From contig CAVYAN010000017.1 in NCBI GenBank assembly GCA_963766075.1, positions 32,001 through 96,000 of the forward strand: DNA of 64,000 bases, in the 5' to 3' direction. Below, one piece after another: positions 1-13,761 of the stretch (position 1 is its first letter; every line of letters starts with the position of its first letter). The notes beneath the pieces were generated by a model, which was not told the DNA's origin, did not search any database, and worked only from the letters and a program-made list of their open reading frames with translations. The stretch is from an uncultured cyanobacterium (GTDB lineage Bacteria > Cyanobacteriota > Cyanobacteriia > Leptolyngbyales > Leptolyngbyaceae). The translations under genes and the position numbers were made by a program.

Positions 1-67
1 TGTAGCAACGCGCAGTGCTGTTGTGCCAGAACGATTTCGTGTTTAATTTTTAATTTTTTGGGCTGCG

Positions 68-1264
68 CTAAATCTTCTCTTGGGCTGGAATCGTCACGCC
101 AAGGCGGGTAAAGGTGGTGTCTAGATCCTTGAGAAGGGCAAAATCGGCATCGGTTAGGTCGGGGCTAGGGGCGATCGCTGGCTGCTTTTCTAAAAATGAA
201 AAGGCTTGACGGACCTGATAGGGAAGAACGGCAATCGGTGCGTCAAAGTGGCAGGGAATGAGGCGCTGAAAGTCCCACTGGGCAATTTGATCGGCCCAAG
301 CCAAAACGGTTTGGGGATGGCGGTTCAGAATCAGAGTTTGCAAAATTGGGGCCACGAGTAAGCGTCCGTTTCCCCGCAGGACCTCAAAGGACTTCTCCCA
401 GTCGGCGGTCCAGCGAAAGGGATAAAACCCCCACAGGGCGCGTCGGGAGCGATCGGGAGCCTGCTTGGCGTCGCGCCATGCCTGCCGCAGGGTGACAGGT
501 TGCATAGCGCTGGGACGAAAGTAAAAGGCAAACAGGGACGCCCGCTGCCACCCTTTACGGCGATCGCTGGGTGTGTCGGGAATCGGCTCAAAAGGGCCAT
601 CTTTAGCATGGAACAGCAGGGCAACAGGATCGGTAGCAATAATGGCGGGTGGTTCAGCGGGCACCACCACCAAGGTATCGGTTACGAGCAGGGTGCCGGA
701 TTGTCGGTGACACAGGGCCACCTCGCCAAAGGTACCTAGCCCTAAATTAAGGGAAAGAATCGCATAGTCAAACTCATCGCCAAAGGGCGCTTGGCGGCTG
801 TCAGCAGGCAGAATGTGGGTGCGTCCGATGGGAAATCCAAGCCAGCTCAGGGGCAAGTTCAGCGGAAAACTCCACTGATTCGGGGCAACAAATACCTGAG
901 CCGTGGGAAAGCGGCGGGCAAAGGGACCGACAAAAACCTTATGTTCCAACCCTGAAATAGTAGGCAGGATGATGTAGCGGACATCGCCATGGCGAGCAAC
1001 CAGTTCTTGAACTAAGCGCAAGCATTCTGGGGTTGGGGCAATGGGTGCATAAACCAGCAGACCCCCCGCTGCCAATTTGACCACGGTCATGCGAATGGGG
1101 GTCAAAACGTAAAGAATGCCCTGCATTTGATCAAAAGTCCACAGGGTGTCGGGGACAATTTCCTGCCTCAGGGTACGGCGTTGGCCATAGGGGTAGAGGG
1201 GCACGGTGAACCACAGGTTCCAGGCCCAGTCTCGGGTATTGGGGGAGTGCTCCGGTTGGTCCAT
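68..1264 (-). CDS. DUF4336 family protein (metallo-beta-lactamase-like fold)
   Basis: 398-aa ORF with RMTVVKL..GGLLVYAPIAPT, SGLEHKVF, TLLVTD and LIPCHF motifs typical of cyanobacterial DUF4336. Confidence 0.8.
   Translation of the reverse strand: MDQPEHSPNTRDWAWNLWFTVPLYPYGQRRTLRQEIVPDTLWTFDQMQGILYVLTPIRMTVVKLAAGGLLVYAPIAPTPECLRLVQELVARHGDVRYIILPTISGLEHKVFVGPFARRFPTAQVFVAPNQWSFPLNLPLSWLGFPIGRTHILPADSRQAPFGDEFDYAILSLNLGLGTFGEVALCHRQSGTLLVTDTLVVVPAEPPAIIATDPVALLFHAKDGPFEPIPDTPSDRRKGWQRASLFAFYFRPSAMQPVTLRQAWRDAKQAPDRSRRALWGFYPFRWTADWEKSFEVLRGNGRLLVAPILQTLILNRHPQTVLAWADQIAQWDFQRLIPCHFDAPIAVLPYQVRQAFSFLEKQPAIAPSPDLTDADFALLKDLDTTFTRLGVTIPAQEKI
171..178. repeat. HIP1 octamer GCGATCGC (representative; many copies window-wide)
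   Basis: e.g. 171, 560, 3027; hallmark of most cyanobacteria. Confidence 0.95.
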
Positions 1265-1537
1265 TCTGCCTAGTTACGTTGATCGGGATGCCCTAGTTTC
1301 GCATGTTGGGGGAATGGGGGAAATGGGAATGCGCCTTGGGCAAACCCACCGATCCCCCAAACCAGGCCAGCAGAGAAAAACGGCTCGGGCGACTTCTTAT
1401 GGCGCTTAAAGACGCCAACAGGCGCATGCCGCCAATCCGCTGAACAAGTCGATAAATAGATAAAGGGCTTACAGTTAAAAATCCGAAAGCTACTACAATA
1501 ATTGGGATTTATAAACGTCGCTTCCTTTGGTGTCCCC

Positions 1538-4774
<3,237 letters not shown>

Positions 4775-5427
4775 AGTCAGAGCGGAGCGGGTAGTCGTTG
4801 CATAACGCCGCCCGCAAATTTTTTTCCCAGCCTGTTGCGAAGTGGCAAGCAAGTGGGATTACTAGCAGTAGGAACACGGAATCCGTGATTTCGGTCACAG
4901 GAGAGCCGTGATGAGACCACTCATAAATCAGGCTGGCGGTAGACACCCGACCATCCTGCATTTTTTGACGGCTTTCAATCACCTACCACATTGTGTCTCA
5001 TAGGATGCACTTAAATTGAGGGGTTTCCTGTAACCTTTGTGTAACAAGAAAATCCCCAATTCTTGGCAAAATCTTAAAACTCCCTACTATGTCTAGATCA
5101 TTCCTCTCATAAATGTTACAGTTTTTAATACGGTGAAGCATTTGGATAACGTCTCTCGATGAACAGGGTGGAATTGACAGGCTTCATGCTTGAGCACATT
5201 ACCTCTTCTACGGGCTTGAACGCTTCTCCTTGGCTCACCATCAACTTGATAGCGTCTGCTCTCTCAAAGCATTTATTTCATTAGAGTTTCCTGATTTATT
5301 TTTGGTGTGAGACATGGCCCTTCTCCTCGGGGCCGTATTCCGGATTATCTAAATTGCTTACGTTCATTCTTCAAGCTGGATGTCGATCCAGTGTCGGTTC
5401 CGTACACCCTCTCTCCCTGTTAGCGCT

Positions 5428-6384
5428 ATGAAGACTGCCCAAACCTCTACCGATTTGGTCCGCGCTTATCTCCGCGAAATTGGTCGTGTGCCTCTACTCA
5501 CCCACGAGCAAGAAATTCTCTTTGGCAAACAAGTCCAGCGTCTGTCGGCGCTGTACGAAACCAAGGAAACTTTGAGCCAGCAACTGGGGTATCCGCCCGC
5601 CATGTCAGAATGGAGCCACGCCGCTAACTTGTCTGAAGCCGAGTTACAGCAGGCGATCGCCGAGGGCGAGTATGCCAAGCGCAAAATGGTGGAAGCCAAT
5701 CTGCGCCTCGTGGTTTCTGTGGCGAAGAAGTACACCAAGCGAAATGTCGATTTGCTGGACCTGATTCAAGAAGGTACTATCGGCATGCAGCGGGGTGTGG
5801 AAAAGTTTGATCCGACCAAGGGGTATCGCTTTTCGACCTATGCTTACTGGTGGATTCGGCAGGCGATTACGCGGGCGATCGCTGAAAAGGGCCGGACCAT
5901 CCGGTTACCCATTCACATCACCGAAAAACTGAACAAAATCAAAAAAGCCCAGCGCTCCCTGTCCCAAATTCACGGGCGGGCTGCCACGGTCGCTGAACTC
6001 GCCCAAGAACTGGACCTGACCACCCGCCAAGTCCGCGAGTATTTAGAACGAGCCCGTCAACCCCTGTCCCTCGATCTGCGGGTTGGGGATAACCAAGATA
6101 CAGAACTGGGCGAACTGCTGGAAGATACGGGCGTTTCCCCGGAAGAATTTGCTTCCCAGACCGCGCTACGCAATGACTTGGAAACTCTGATGGCCGATTT
6201 GACGGTGCAGCAGCGGGAAGTCCTGAGCCTGCGCTTTGGCTTGGAAGATGGGCAATCTTTGACCTTGGCCAAAATTGGCGATCGCCTCAACATCAGTCGG
6301 GAGCGCGTCCGCCAGATTGAGCGCGAAGCTTTAACAAAACTGAGAAAGCGCAAGGGAGCCATTCGGGAATACCTCGCCAGCTAA
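5428..6384 (+). CDS. sigD: Group 2 RNA polymerase sigma-70 factor (SigD/RpoD3-like)
   Basis: [55 protein letters not shown]; short N-terminus MKTAQTSTD resembles the SigD clade (symbol less certain than family). Confidence 0.8.
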   Translation: MKTAQTSTDLVRAYLREIGRVPLLTHEQEILFGKQVQRLSALYETKETLSQQLGYPPAMSEWSHAANLSEAELQQAIAEGEYAKRKMVEANLRLVVSVAKKYTKRNVDLLDLIQEGTIGMQRGVEKFDPTKGYRFSTYAYWWIRQAITRAIAEKGRTIRLPIHITEKLNKIKKAQRSLSQIHGRAATVAELAQELDLTTRQVREYLERARQPLSLDLRVGDNQDTELGELLEDTGVSPEEFASQTALRNDLETLMADLTVQQREVLSLRFGLEDGQSLTLAKIGDRLNISRERVRQIEREALTKLRKRKGAIREYLAS

Positions 6385-6426
6385 CTCAATCCCTCTGCCT
6401 CGCCTCAAGCGCAGCAGAATCCGGGT

Positions 6427-6460
6427 AAGGATGGACATGTATTTGTCCATCCTTTTTTTT
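6427..6460 (+). terminator. Rho-independent terminator after the sigma factor gene
   Basis: AAGGATGGACA-TGTATT-TGTCCATCCTT hairpin followed by a T run. Confidence 0.85.
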
Positions 6461-6528
6461 GGAATTTTTTAGAGGGAAATTTTTGGATTTTAGGGCAGAT
6501 CTAAAATTTTAACGCTGCCCCGGGTCGA

Positions 6529-7149
6529 TCACGTTCTGACTGGATGCTGGCCATAAAAGGGCAATGCTACCGACCAATGGGGGCGATCGCCCGCTTGCCA
6601 AGCGTGCTCCGCCAGATCTAAAACGCCCGCCACGGATCCTCCCAAGCCCCCAGTCGCTTGAATTCGATGATACGGCTCAGGGTATTGCTCTAGAGCGCTC
6701 TGCCACTCTGTGACCGTGAAGATCCGGTCTGGCAGCAGTGTGACGAGGGATGCGCCCATGACCCGATACAGGGCACCAAAGATTTCTCCTCGCTGGGCGA
6801 GCATTTCAACGGCAATGGCTTGCCCAGGCGGCAGATCGGGAGACGCGCCCCAAGCCACCGCCGCCAAGGTTGAAACCGCAAACAGGGGAATTTCAAGCTG
6901 CTGGGCTAAGGCCCGCGCTGTGACGACCCCCAAGCGCGTACCCGTAAAGCCACCCGGCCCCTTGGCTACGGCGATAAAACCCAAATCGGACCAGGGGTAT
7001 GGGGCCTGAAATTCGGCTAAGTATTGGTGCAGTTGGGTGGACAGATCGCGGCCTAGAGGCCAGACTTGCTGGCGGCAATCGCCCCCCAACTGGCCTAGCG
7101 CTAATCCCAGGTCAGGACTCGCCGTGTGGATTGCCAAGCCATAGGTCAT
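6529..7149 (-). CDS. tsaB: tRNA threonylcarbamoyladenosine biosynthesis protein TsaB
   Basis: LAIHTAS, AVAKGPGGFTGTRLGVVTARALA, terminal ALPFYGQHPV; likely ATG at 7149. Confidence 0.92.
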   Translation of the reverse strand: MTYGLAIHTASPDLGLALGQLGGDCRQQVWPLGRDLSTQLHQYLAEFQAPYPWSDLGFIAVAKGPGGFTGTRLGVVTARALAQQLEIPLFAVSTLAAVAWGASPDLPPGQAIAVEMLAQRGEIFGALYRVMGASLVTLLPDRIFTVTEWQSALEQYPEPYHRIQATGGLGGSVAGVLDLAEHAWQAGDRPHWSVALPFYGQHPVRT

Positions 7150-7204
7150 GGGGTTCGGGAGAAAGAGGTTCGAGGGAAAAATTATGCTTTCCGATTGTAT
7201 CGGT

Positions 7205-8467
7205 TTACGGGTGACGCAGACTGGGCGGGAAGCGGGGTAAACTCGGCAGACTGGGCTGAGGGCTGCTGGGTAGAGAATTACTGGGTAGAGAATTACCGGG
7301 CAGTTCAGTGAGATGGTCCAGCCAACTGACCCCAAATACAACCCCAAAAATCAGCGGGACCAGCAGCAGTAGCGCCTGCGAGCCACGGGCGAGTTCCAGA
7401 GTCCGCCGGGGCCGCCGCCGGGAAAGTGGGTGGTGAGGGCGGGGACTGAGCGGGGACCTGGAGCGGGCCAAGTGCGCCAGAGACCGCCTGCTGGCTAAGG
7501 GCTGAATGTTCGTCAGGGGTGTGGGCAAGTCCATCGCCTGCTGCTGTAAATCCGCCATCACTGCGGCGGCAGAAGCGTAGCGGCGATTCGTGCCGGGGGT
7601 GAGCAACCGATCCAGTACCCGACCCAAGTCCGGACTCACCGCTTGGGGCAAGTAATCGCGCCAGACCCACTGGGCCTCGTGACTATCAAACAAATCAAAG
7701 GGAGACGTTTCCGTGAGGACATGCACACAGGTCACCCCGAGGCTGTATAAATCACTGGCAAAAACGGCCTTGCCCCGAGTTTGTTCCGGGGCCGTAAATT
7801 CAGCACTGCCAATGACGGTGCCCGTTTTGGCGAGGGAAGTACCCGTCACAGCTTGGGCCGCCCCTAAATCTACCAGGACCCATTGACTGGCAGGACGAGC
7901 CGCAAGGTGATCGGTAGCGTGATCGGTAGCGTGATCGGCAGAGTAACCAGCGGTACGCCGAATAATATTCGCGGGTTTAATATCGCGATGGATGATTTGG
8001 CGATCGTGGATAAACTGCACCACGGGCAACAGATCGGCAAGTAATTGGCGTACTTGGGCTTCGGTAAACGGCCCGTTCTGAGTCAGCTCCTGGGCTAAAT
8101 TAGGCCCATCAATGTATTCCTGGATCAGGTACTGTCGTCCTTCCTGTTCCAAATAGGCAATTAGACTGGGAATTTGGGGATGATCGCCAAGACTTTGCAG
8201 CCTAGCGGCCTCTTGACGAAATAAAGCTGCCGCCTGCTCCCGAAAGGCTGATGCTTGGAGAAAAAATTGTTTAATGACACAGCGGGGCTTGCAGGGATCG
8301 GCTTCATCGATCGCTAAAAAGGTTCTGCCAAAGCCCCCCTGCCCAATGGGACGCAACGGCAGATAGCGGCCTTTCAGGCGCAGAGTAGTACCACAGGTGT
8401 CGCAGGTGTCCGTGTGACTGTTAGGATTGGCGGGCAAGATGCAGGAGGGATTGAGACAGTAACTCAT
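7205..8467 (-). CDS. Ser/Thr protein kinase with N-terminal 4-Cys motif and C-terminal TM segment
   Basis: CLNPSC..CDTCG, IGQGGFGRT, CVIKQ, HRDIKPAN, DLG (DFG variant), APEQ, SDLYSLG; hydrophobic stretch then Pro-rich tail. Confidence 0.9.
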   Translation of the reverse strand: MSYCLNPSCILPANPNSHTDTCDTCGTTLRLKGRYLPLRPIGQGGFGRTFLAIDEADPCKPRCVIKQFFLQASAFREQAAALFRQEAARLQSLGDHPQIPSLIAYLEQEGRQYLIQEYIDGPNLAQELTQNGPFTEAQVRQLLADLLPVVQFIHDRQIIHRDIKPANIIRRTAGYSADHATDHATDHLAARPASQWVLVDLGAAQAVTGTSLAKTGTVIGSAEFTAPEQTRGKAVFASDLYSLGVTCVHVLTETSPFDLFDSHEAQWVWRDYLPQAVSPDLGRVLDRLLTPGTNRRYASAAAVMADLQQQAMDLPTPLTNIQPLASRRSLAHLARSRSPLSPRPHHPLSRRRPRRTLELARGSQALLLLVPLIFGVVFGVSWLDHLTELPGNSLPSNSLPSSPQPSLPSLPRFPPSLRHP

Positions 8468-8694
8468 GGGAGGCAGCAACGGATGTCCAGCGGGCTTAGA
8501 AGCTGTTTTCCAGGATAGAGGGAGGGGATCCGGGCGATCGCGGTAGATTCCCTTTCTGGTTCTGGTAAATGAAGGTTGGGCATTAAAAATTGAGGTGAGG
8601 AATTATTGTGCTGGGGCTTGTTGAAAGCTCTTGGGCGGGTTTTCTATGGCTGCGACTGGATCAACAACTGGATGAACTTAGCCTGGATGAATCT

Positions 8695-9510
8695 ATGGAT
8701 ATACAAAAGACAGGTTCGGGGCAAATTGCCCATCTCTTTCTGAAGCCTAATCCTGGGGCGGCGATGCAATCGGTCAATCAATTAGCACTGAAAGTAGGCC
8801 AGGGGATTATCGGCGATCGCCACACCCTTCCGATCAGTCCACGACAAATCCTGCTGGTGCGCCAGGAAGAGTTGAATGAACTCTCGATTCCACCGGGCGC
8901 ATTACGCGAAAATGTAGTGCTGAGTGGCCTATCCACAGACCATTTTCGCCCAGGTGCCCGCCTCCAGTTTCCGGGGGGAGCCTCCATTCGGCTCACCTTC
9001 TATTGTGAACCCTGTCGGCGCGTGAGTCATTTAGTGGCATCCTGCAAAAGCCTGGTAGGCAAACGCGGCATTCTGGGCGTTGTCCTCTCGGATGGCATCC
9101 TGCAACACAATCAGTCCATACAGAGCACTGCCGATGCGTTTCCCGCCCTGCCCGAAAAACCGTTTGAACGCTTTTTGTTCTTGCTGGCCCAAGTTCCATC
9201 TGGCAAGGTCATTACCTATAAATCCATCATCCACGGCATCGGTGTTGCTGGCAGCTACTACCGGGCTCTGCCCCAATACTTGCAAAAGGCGGCGCAATTG
9301 GGTTATCCCGTGCATCGCGTTCTCGACTCCGAAGGGTACCTAGTCCAGCATGTCGTGGCACAACTCCAACACCTTCAGGCGGAGGGAATTGAAGTTGTTT
9401 GTCCCACAACGCAATGCAAGACTGGCCAAAACGTCCGTGTCAATCTTGAACCCCGTGTCAATCTTGAACAATACGCTTGGTCCGACGATAGTATTTACAG
9501 ACGGGTTTAA
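8695..9510 (+). CDS. MOSC-domain protein fused to an MGMT/ATL-like DNA-binding domain
   Basis: N-half: GIIGDRH, RQILL, LRENVV, CEPC, RGILGVVLSDG (MOSC). C-half: QVPSGKVITY...PVHRVLDSEG...LQAEGI (Ogt/YbaZ-like). Confidence 0.75.
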   Translation: MDIQKTGSGQIAHLFLKPNPGAAMQSVNQLALKVGQGIIGDRHTLPISPRQILLVRQEELNELSIPPGALRENVVLSGLSTDHFRPGARLQFPGGASIRLTFYCEPCRRVSHLVASCKSLVGKRGILGVVLSDGILQHNQSIQSTADAFPALPEKPFERFLFLLAQVPSGKVITYKSIIHGIGVAGSYYRALPQYLQKAAQLGYPVHRVLDSEGYLVQHVVAQLQHLQAEGIEVVCPTTQCKTGQNVRVNLEPRVNLEQYAWSDDSIYRRV

Positions 9511-9520
9511 TTTTTAATTT

Positions 9521-10195
9521 CTAATGCGGCCCTAAATGAGTGGCTGCCGTCTGCTTTTCGATCACCGCTTGCCGGAATCCCAGCACCACCAAAATATTGG
9601 ACAACGTCAAGAACGACTCGGCCCCCCCATGCAGCCAGTCCACATTAGCCAGGGTTTCGCCATAGGCGACTTTGGCGTAAATACCAGCAGGAATAGTGAC
9701 CGCGACAAAGATCAGCAGCACGTAGAAACCCACTAAGGCTAGCCGGGGCGTTTGCCGCGATCGCGTCAAAAACCACAAAAACCCTAAATAGGGAAAGAGC
9801 GACACCCCAAACAGCGTTTCCTTAGAAATCGTTGGCAAGCTGATGGCCAGCAGCAGGGGCAGGGGAGCGATCGTCCGTAATACCGTCTGCGGTGGCTCTG
9901 TGGCCGGGGCCGTGCGCCAAATCCACCAAGCCGCCACCATTTGCGTGCAGTTGCCAACTACGGTCATCGTGGCTTGTAGCGTCACCAACCACTCTAGGGA
10001 ATCCGGATTATCAAAAAAGTGCCAGGTACAAGCACACATTGCACTCACGAGTGCGGGCACCATGGCAAAGGATAGTCCCCACCAGGCGCGGTTTTGGCTA
10101 ACAGTGCCATAGGTCCAAATCAACCAAATGGCAGCAATCCATTCAATCACGCTAGAAACGTGAATGATCCAAGTGGGAATCGAAAGAGCATGCAT
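9521..10195 (-). CDS. DUF2499 (Ycf49-like) - DUF3593 fusion membrane protein
   Basis: MHALSIPTWIIHVSSVIEW...CACTWHFFDN followed in frame by ISKETLFGVSLFPYLGFL...LANVDWLHGGAESFLTLSN. Confidence 0.8.
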   Translation of the reverse strand: MHALSIPTWIIHVSSVIEWIAAIWLIWTYGTVSQNRAWWGLSFAMVPALVSAMCACTWHFFDNPDSLEWLVTLQATMTVVGNCTQMVAAWWIWRTAPATEPPQTVLRTIAPLPLLLAISLPTISKETLFGVSLFPYLGFLWFLTRSRQTPRLALVGFYVLLIFVAVTIPAGIYAKVAYGETLANVDWLHGGAESFLTLSNILVVLGFRQAVIEKQTAATHLGPH

Positions 10196-10317
10196 GGGAA
10201 TCGTGGGGTGAATAAGAAGTTTTGTGAGCGATCGCCGCCCTGAGCAAATTGGGGGTTTGAGTTTGGCGTGAATCCATTTACATTGAGGGTTCACAATTCA
10301 TTATTCATGACATCACC

Positions 10318-11390
10318 ATGGTTCGGGCGGTTTTGTGTGGTTATTACGGCATGGGCAACGGCGGCGACGAGGCGCTGTTGGCATCACTTCTGCAAATGTT
10401 GCCCCCCATGTGGAACCGTGGGTCCTTTCGGGCAATCCCCAGCAAACGGAACTGCGTCATCGAGTCACGGCCATTGATCGCAAAAATGCGATCGCCGTCT
10501 TGACCGCACTTTCCCAGGCTCAAGTGTTCATTTGGGGCGGCGGCAGTTTAATCCAGGATGTTACCAGCGCCATCAGTCCCCTCTACTATGCCGGACTCAT
10601 GAAATGGGCCCAGACCCTGGGGTTAACCACCATCGCCTGGGCCCAGGGCATCGGCCCTCTCAAACGCCCGTTAACCCAGACCCTGGCCCGCCGGACGTTT
10701 GGCGGCTGTCGGGCAATTAGCGTGCGTGATCGCGGTTCTGCCGCCCTGCTGAGCGACTGGCATCTGCCCTTTGTCTTGGCTCCAGATCCCGTTTGGGCGT
10801 TGGACTCGGATCCCGTTCCGGGTCTGTGGGACTTGCCCGCCCCCCGAGTCGTGGTGAATTTACGGCCTCATCCCCAGTTGACTCCGGCCCGTTTGGACTG
10901 TTTAACTCAGGCCCTTATCCAGTTCCAGCAAGCCACCCAAACCTGTATTGTCTTGGTGCCATTTCAAGCCACCCAGGATTTAGCGATCGCCCAAGCCATC
11001 CAGCCCCAGCTCACTGGACCCAGTCAAATTTTGGTTCTAGAGGATCCACGTCAGCTCAAGGGCATTTTTCGCGGTGTCGAAATGGCGATCGCAATGCGAT
11101 TCCATGGTCTGATTATGGCCGCCGCTGAGGGCTGTCGCTGTTTTGCCCTCAGCTATGACCCCAAGGTTAGCCAACTCATGCAGGAATTAGACATGCCGGG
11201 ATGGGAACTGTCCGCTCTGCCCGACAACGCCGCCCAAATCTGCCAAACCTGGCTAGAACACTATGCCAATGGCGATCCCCTCACCCCAGACCAAATTCAT
11301 TCCCGCGTAGATCGGGCCTTAATGCATCGAGAACTTTTGCAAGAGGCGATCAGCGGCCCCCCGACCTTCTCGCAGGCCCCTACGACCTAG
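10318..11390 (+). CDS. csaB: Polysaccharide pyruvyl transferase CsaB (frameshift in C-run at ~10402-10407)
   Basis: MVRAVLCGYYGMGNGGDEALL in one frame; continues as HVEPWVLSGNP..GGGSLIQD..AQGIGP..MRFHGLI..SYDPKV in another; one added C restores the frame. Confidence 0.88.
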
Positions 11391-11693
11391 TGCCACCCAA
11401 TAGAGTGCCACCCGATAGAGTGCCGCCCGATCCAGCCCCCAGCCCTAAAGCCCAAAAAATCAGAACAATTTCGTGCAAATCTCATTTTTCATGATAAGAC
11501 TGGGTGTGGAATGAACAGTGATTTGGAATTAACGCTGTATTTAGTGTTCTGAGCAACTGTTCAACGCCATATATCCCGTTACTATCGGAAAGCTGTATCA
11601 TGCAGTTCGATGAACCCTGCCTGAATGTGGCTGTATGATGGGGACGCACCCAAATCTCACGATAAGACTTGCCGAGTCGTTAGGATAAACGCC

Positions 11694-13665
11694 ATGAGTG
11701 ACGCTGACAGCCTCAAGAATAATCCTGGATTGCTAGAATCGCCGCACTTCTCCCCAGACCCCGTGCTTGCCCAATCTGGACTGCCTGAATCTGGCATGCC
11801 CCCATCTGACCCGCTGTCAGGTTCCTCTCCAGTCGAGGTTCCGGCGATTTCCCCTAGCACTTCCTCCAGCACTGCCGATGCCGACGGGTGGCAAACCGTA
11901 GATTTTCCCGATGCGCTGCGCGTAGATGATATTCCCTGGGCCGATGGCGATATTCCCGTGATGGCGATGACTAGCTACGCCGGACTCGTGCAGCAGCTTC
12001 AGCAGGAAAATGGGCAGTTGCGCGATCGCATCAATCATCTAGAAGAGGCGATCGCCTTTGGTCAACTGGAAGCCCGCAGCACAATTTTTTACCAGGGCGA
12101 CACCCAGAACGGTGAGCCCGAAAGTGTTGCGCCCGATAATCTTACAACTGGAAATAGTACGCCAGAAAATATTACTTCCGAATTCGCTTCCCCGCATCCC
12201 ACGGTCCAGCGCCAGCAAATTTTGGTGGACACCCTCAACGAGCAACTTCAGAGCTGTCAGGAACGTATTGCTCAACTGGAACGAGAATGTGCCCTAACCC
12301 AGCAGCGGTTTAACGAGCAGGTGCAGCAGCGTCTGCAAGCCGAAACCACCTGCCGCGACCTGCGCACCCGACTACACCGTCAACAGCAACAAGCATTGCA
12401 GTTTAAAACCGCTCTGGAAAAATGTCTGGAAATGCCTGCTCCGCAGGATTCTCAGATCACTGCGCCCACCGCTGAAGCGGATGCGACCTTGGCTGCCGAG
12501 GGCACCTTTGCCCCCTTCGTGTCGAAAACTTCGCCTGTCCGGCCTTGGTCACAGCAAGCAGATTCGGGCTTGGTTGAGTCAAACCAGAAGGGAAGCCAGA
12601 AGTTAACCCAGACCAGCGACATCGCCAATCCAAAATTGGCCAAGCTCATGGGATCTGAGGTCGCTATGGGTGAACCAGAGACCACGCCACCAATCGCACG
12701 CCCCCCGTGGATACAGGGCATCCCGGCCATGGAGCGAGCGCTCCACTAGCGGAATTCGTGGAAATCCACAATTTGGTGAACCTGATTTTCCCCGACAGCC
12801 CGCCCAGCGAGCCCATGGAAATTGCTAGCCCGGAGGAATCCAGGCAATTTTCAATATCAGTCCTTTTTTAGCCCGTACCCCCGCCAATTCTGCCGCGCCT
12901 TCCCCCATCACACCCAGCCCGGAGCAAGCGATCCCGGTGGTGGCAATGGGTGACCAGAGCGCCGATTTAACCACTGCCAGCGCCGATGTCGCCAACGGGG
13001 TCGATGCCGCATCCCCTGATCCCCTCTGGGATAACTTGGCCAAGTTGATTCAGGCTCCGGCTAAGGCTCACGTTGCGCCGATTGACACTGTGATAGCTGA
13101 CTCTACGCCAACCGACTCTACGTCGGCCAACTCTACGCCAACTGAGCCTGCGCCAACGCGGTCAACGGCGATCGCCCGCCCCACCTGGGGCAATGGGGAT
13201 AGCCTGTCTGCAAGCCTTGATTCTCCTGACGCTTTGAGTGCTCCTAAAACTGCCCCTGCGGCGATCGTGGAGGTAGTTGTTGAGACTGGTTCTGAGACTG
13301 AAAACTGTGAGCCTGATCAAGCATCCCCTGCCCTGGCTGAGACAGACTCACCATTCAATTCACCCTCGCCTCAACCCTTGGACTGGCTCCAGACCGAGGG
13401 TCTGCCCTCTGAAGCCCGCTCCTTTAACCTGAAGGAACGCTTTGCAGCGCCAGTGGAAGGGCGATCGCCCGTGCCCGCTGCATCAACTGAAACTGCATCA
13501 GTTGCAGACACCCCAGCCGTCGCCCCGATTTCCCCAGTCCACGGCACAGCGGAACCGATCATGTTCATGGCGTCAGGACCGTCCCCGATTTTGTATCCAC
13601 TGCGGCCCGCCAAAAAGCTGAAGTCCCTGGCGGCAGTGGAGTTGCCGACATTCCCTCAGCGGTGA
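11694..13665 (+). CDS. Coiled-coil/low-complexity hypothetical protein (two apparent frameshifts, ~12706 and ~12840)
   Basis: Coiled coil QRQQILVDTL..RIAQLERECAL..CRDLRTRLHRQQQQALQFKTALEKCL; C-terminal GPSPILYPLRPAKKLKSLAAVELPTF; the bridging frame 12707-12840 is stop-free. Confidence 0.65.
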
Positions 13666-13761
13666 CCCATTCATCGTCTCCTATACTCTGTTGAAGCAGC
13701 AAGTCTTTGTTTATCCTATTAACTGATGACTGATTAACTGATTAAAGAGTACGGGTTGCGT

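Noticed and set aside
4908..4928. Hammerhead ribozyme core (GTGATGAG...)
   Set aside because: Lacks an exact CTGANGA and the GAAA strand
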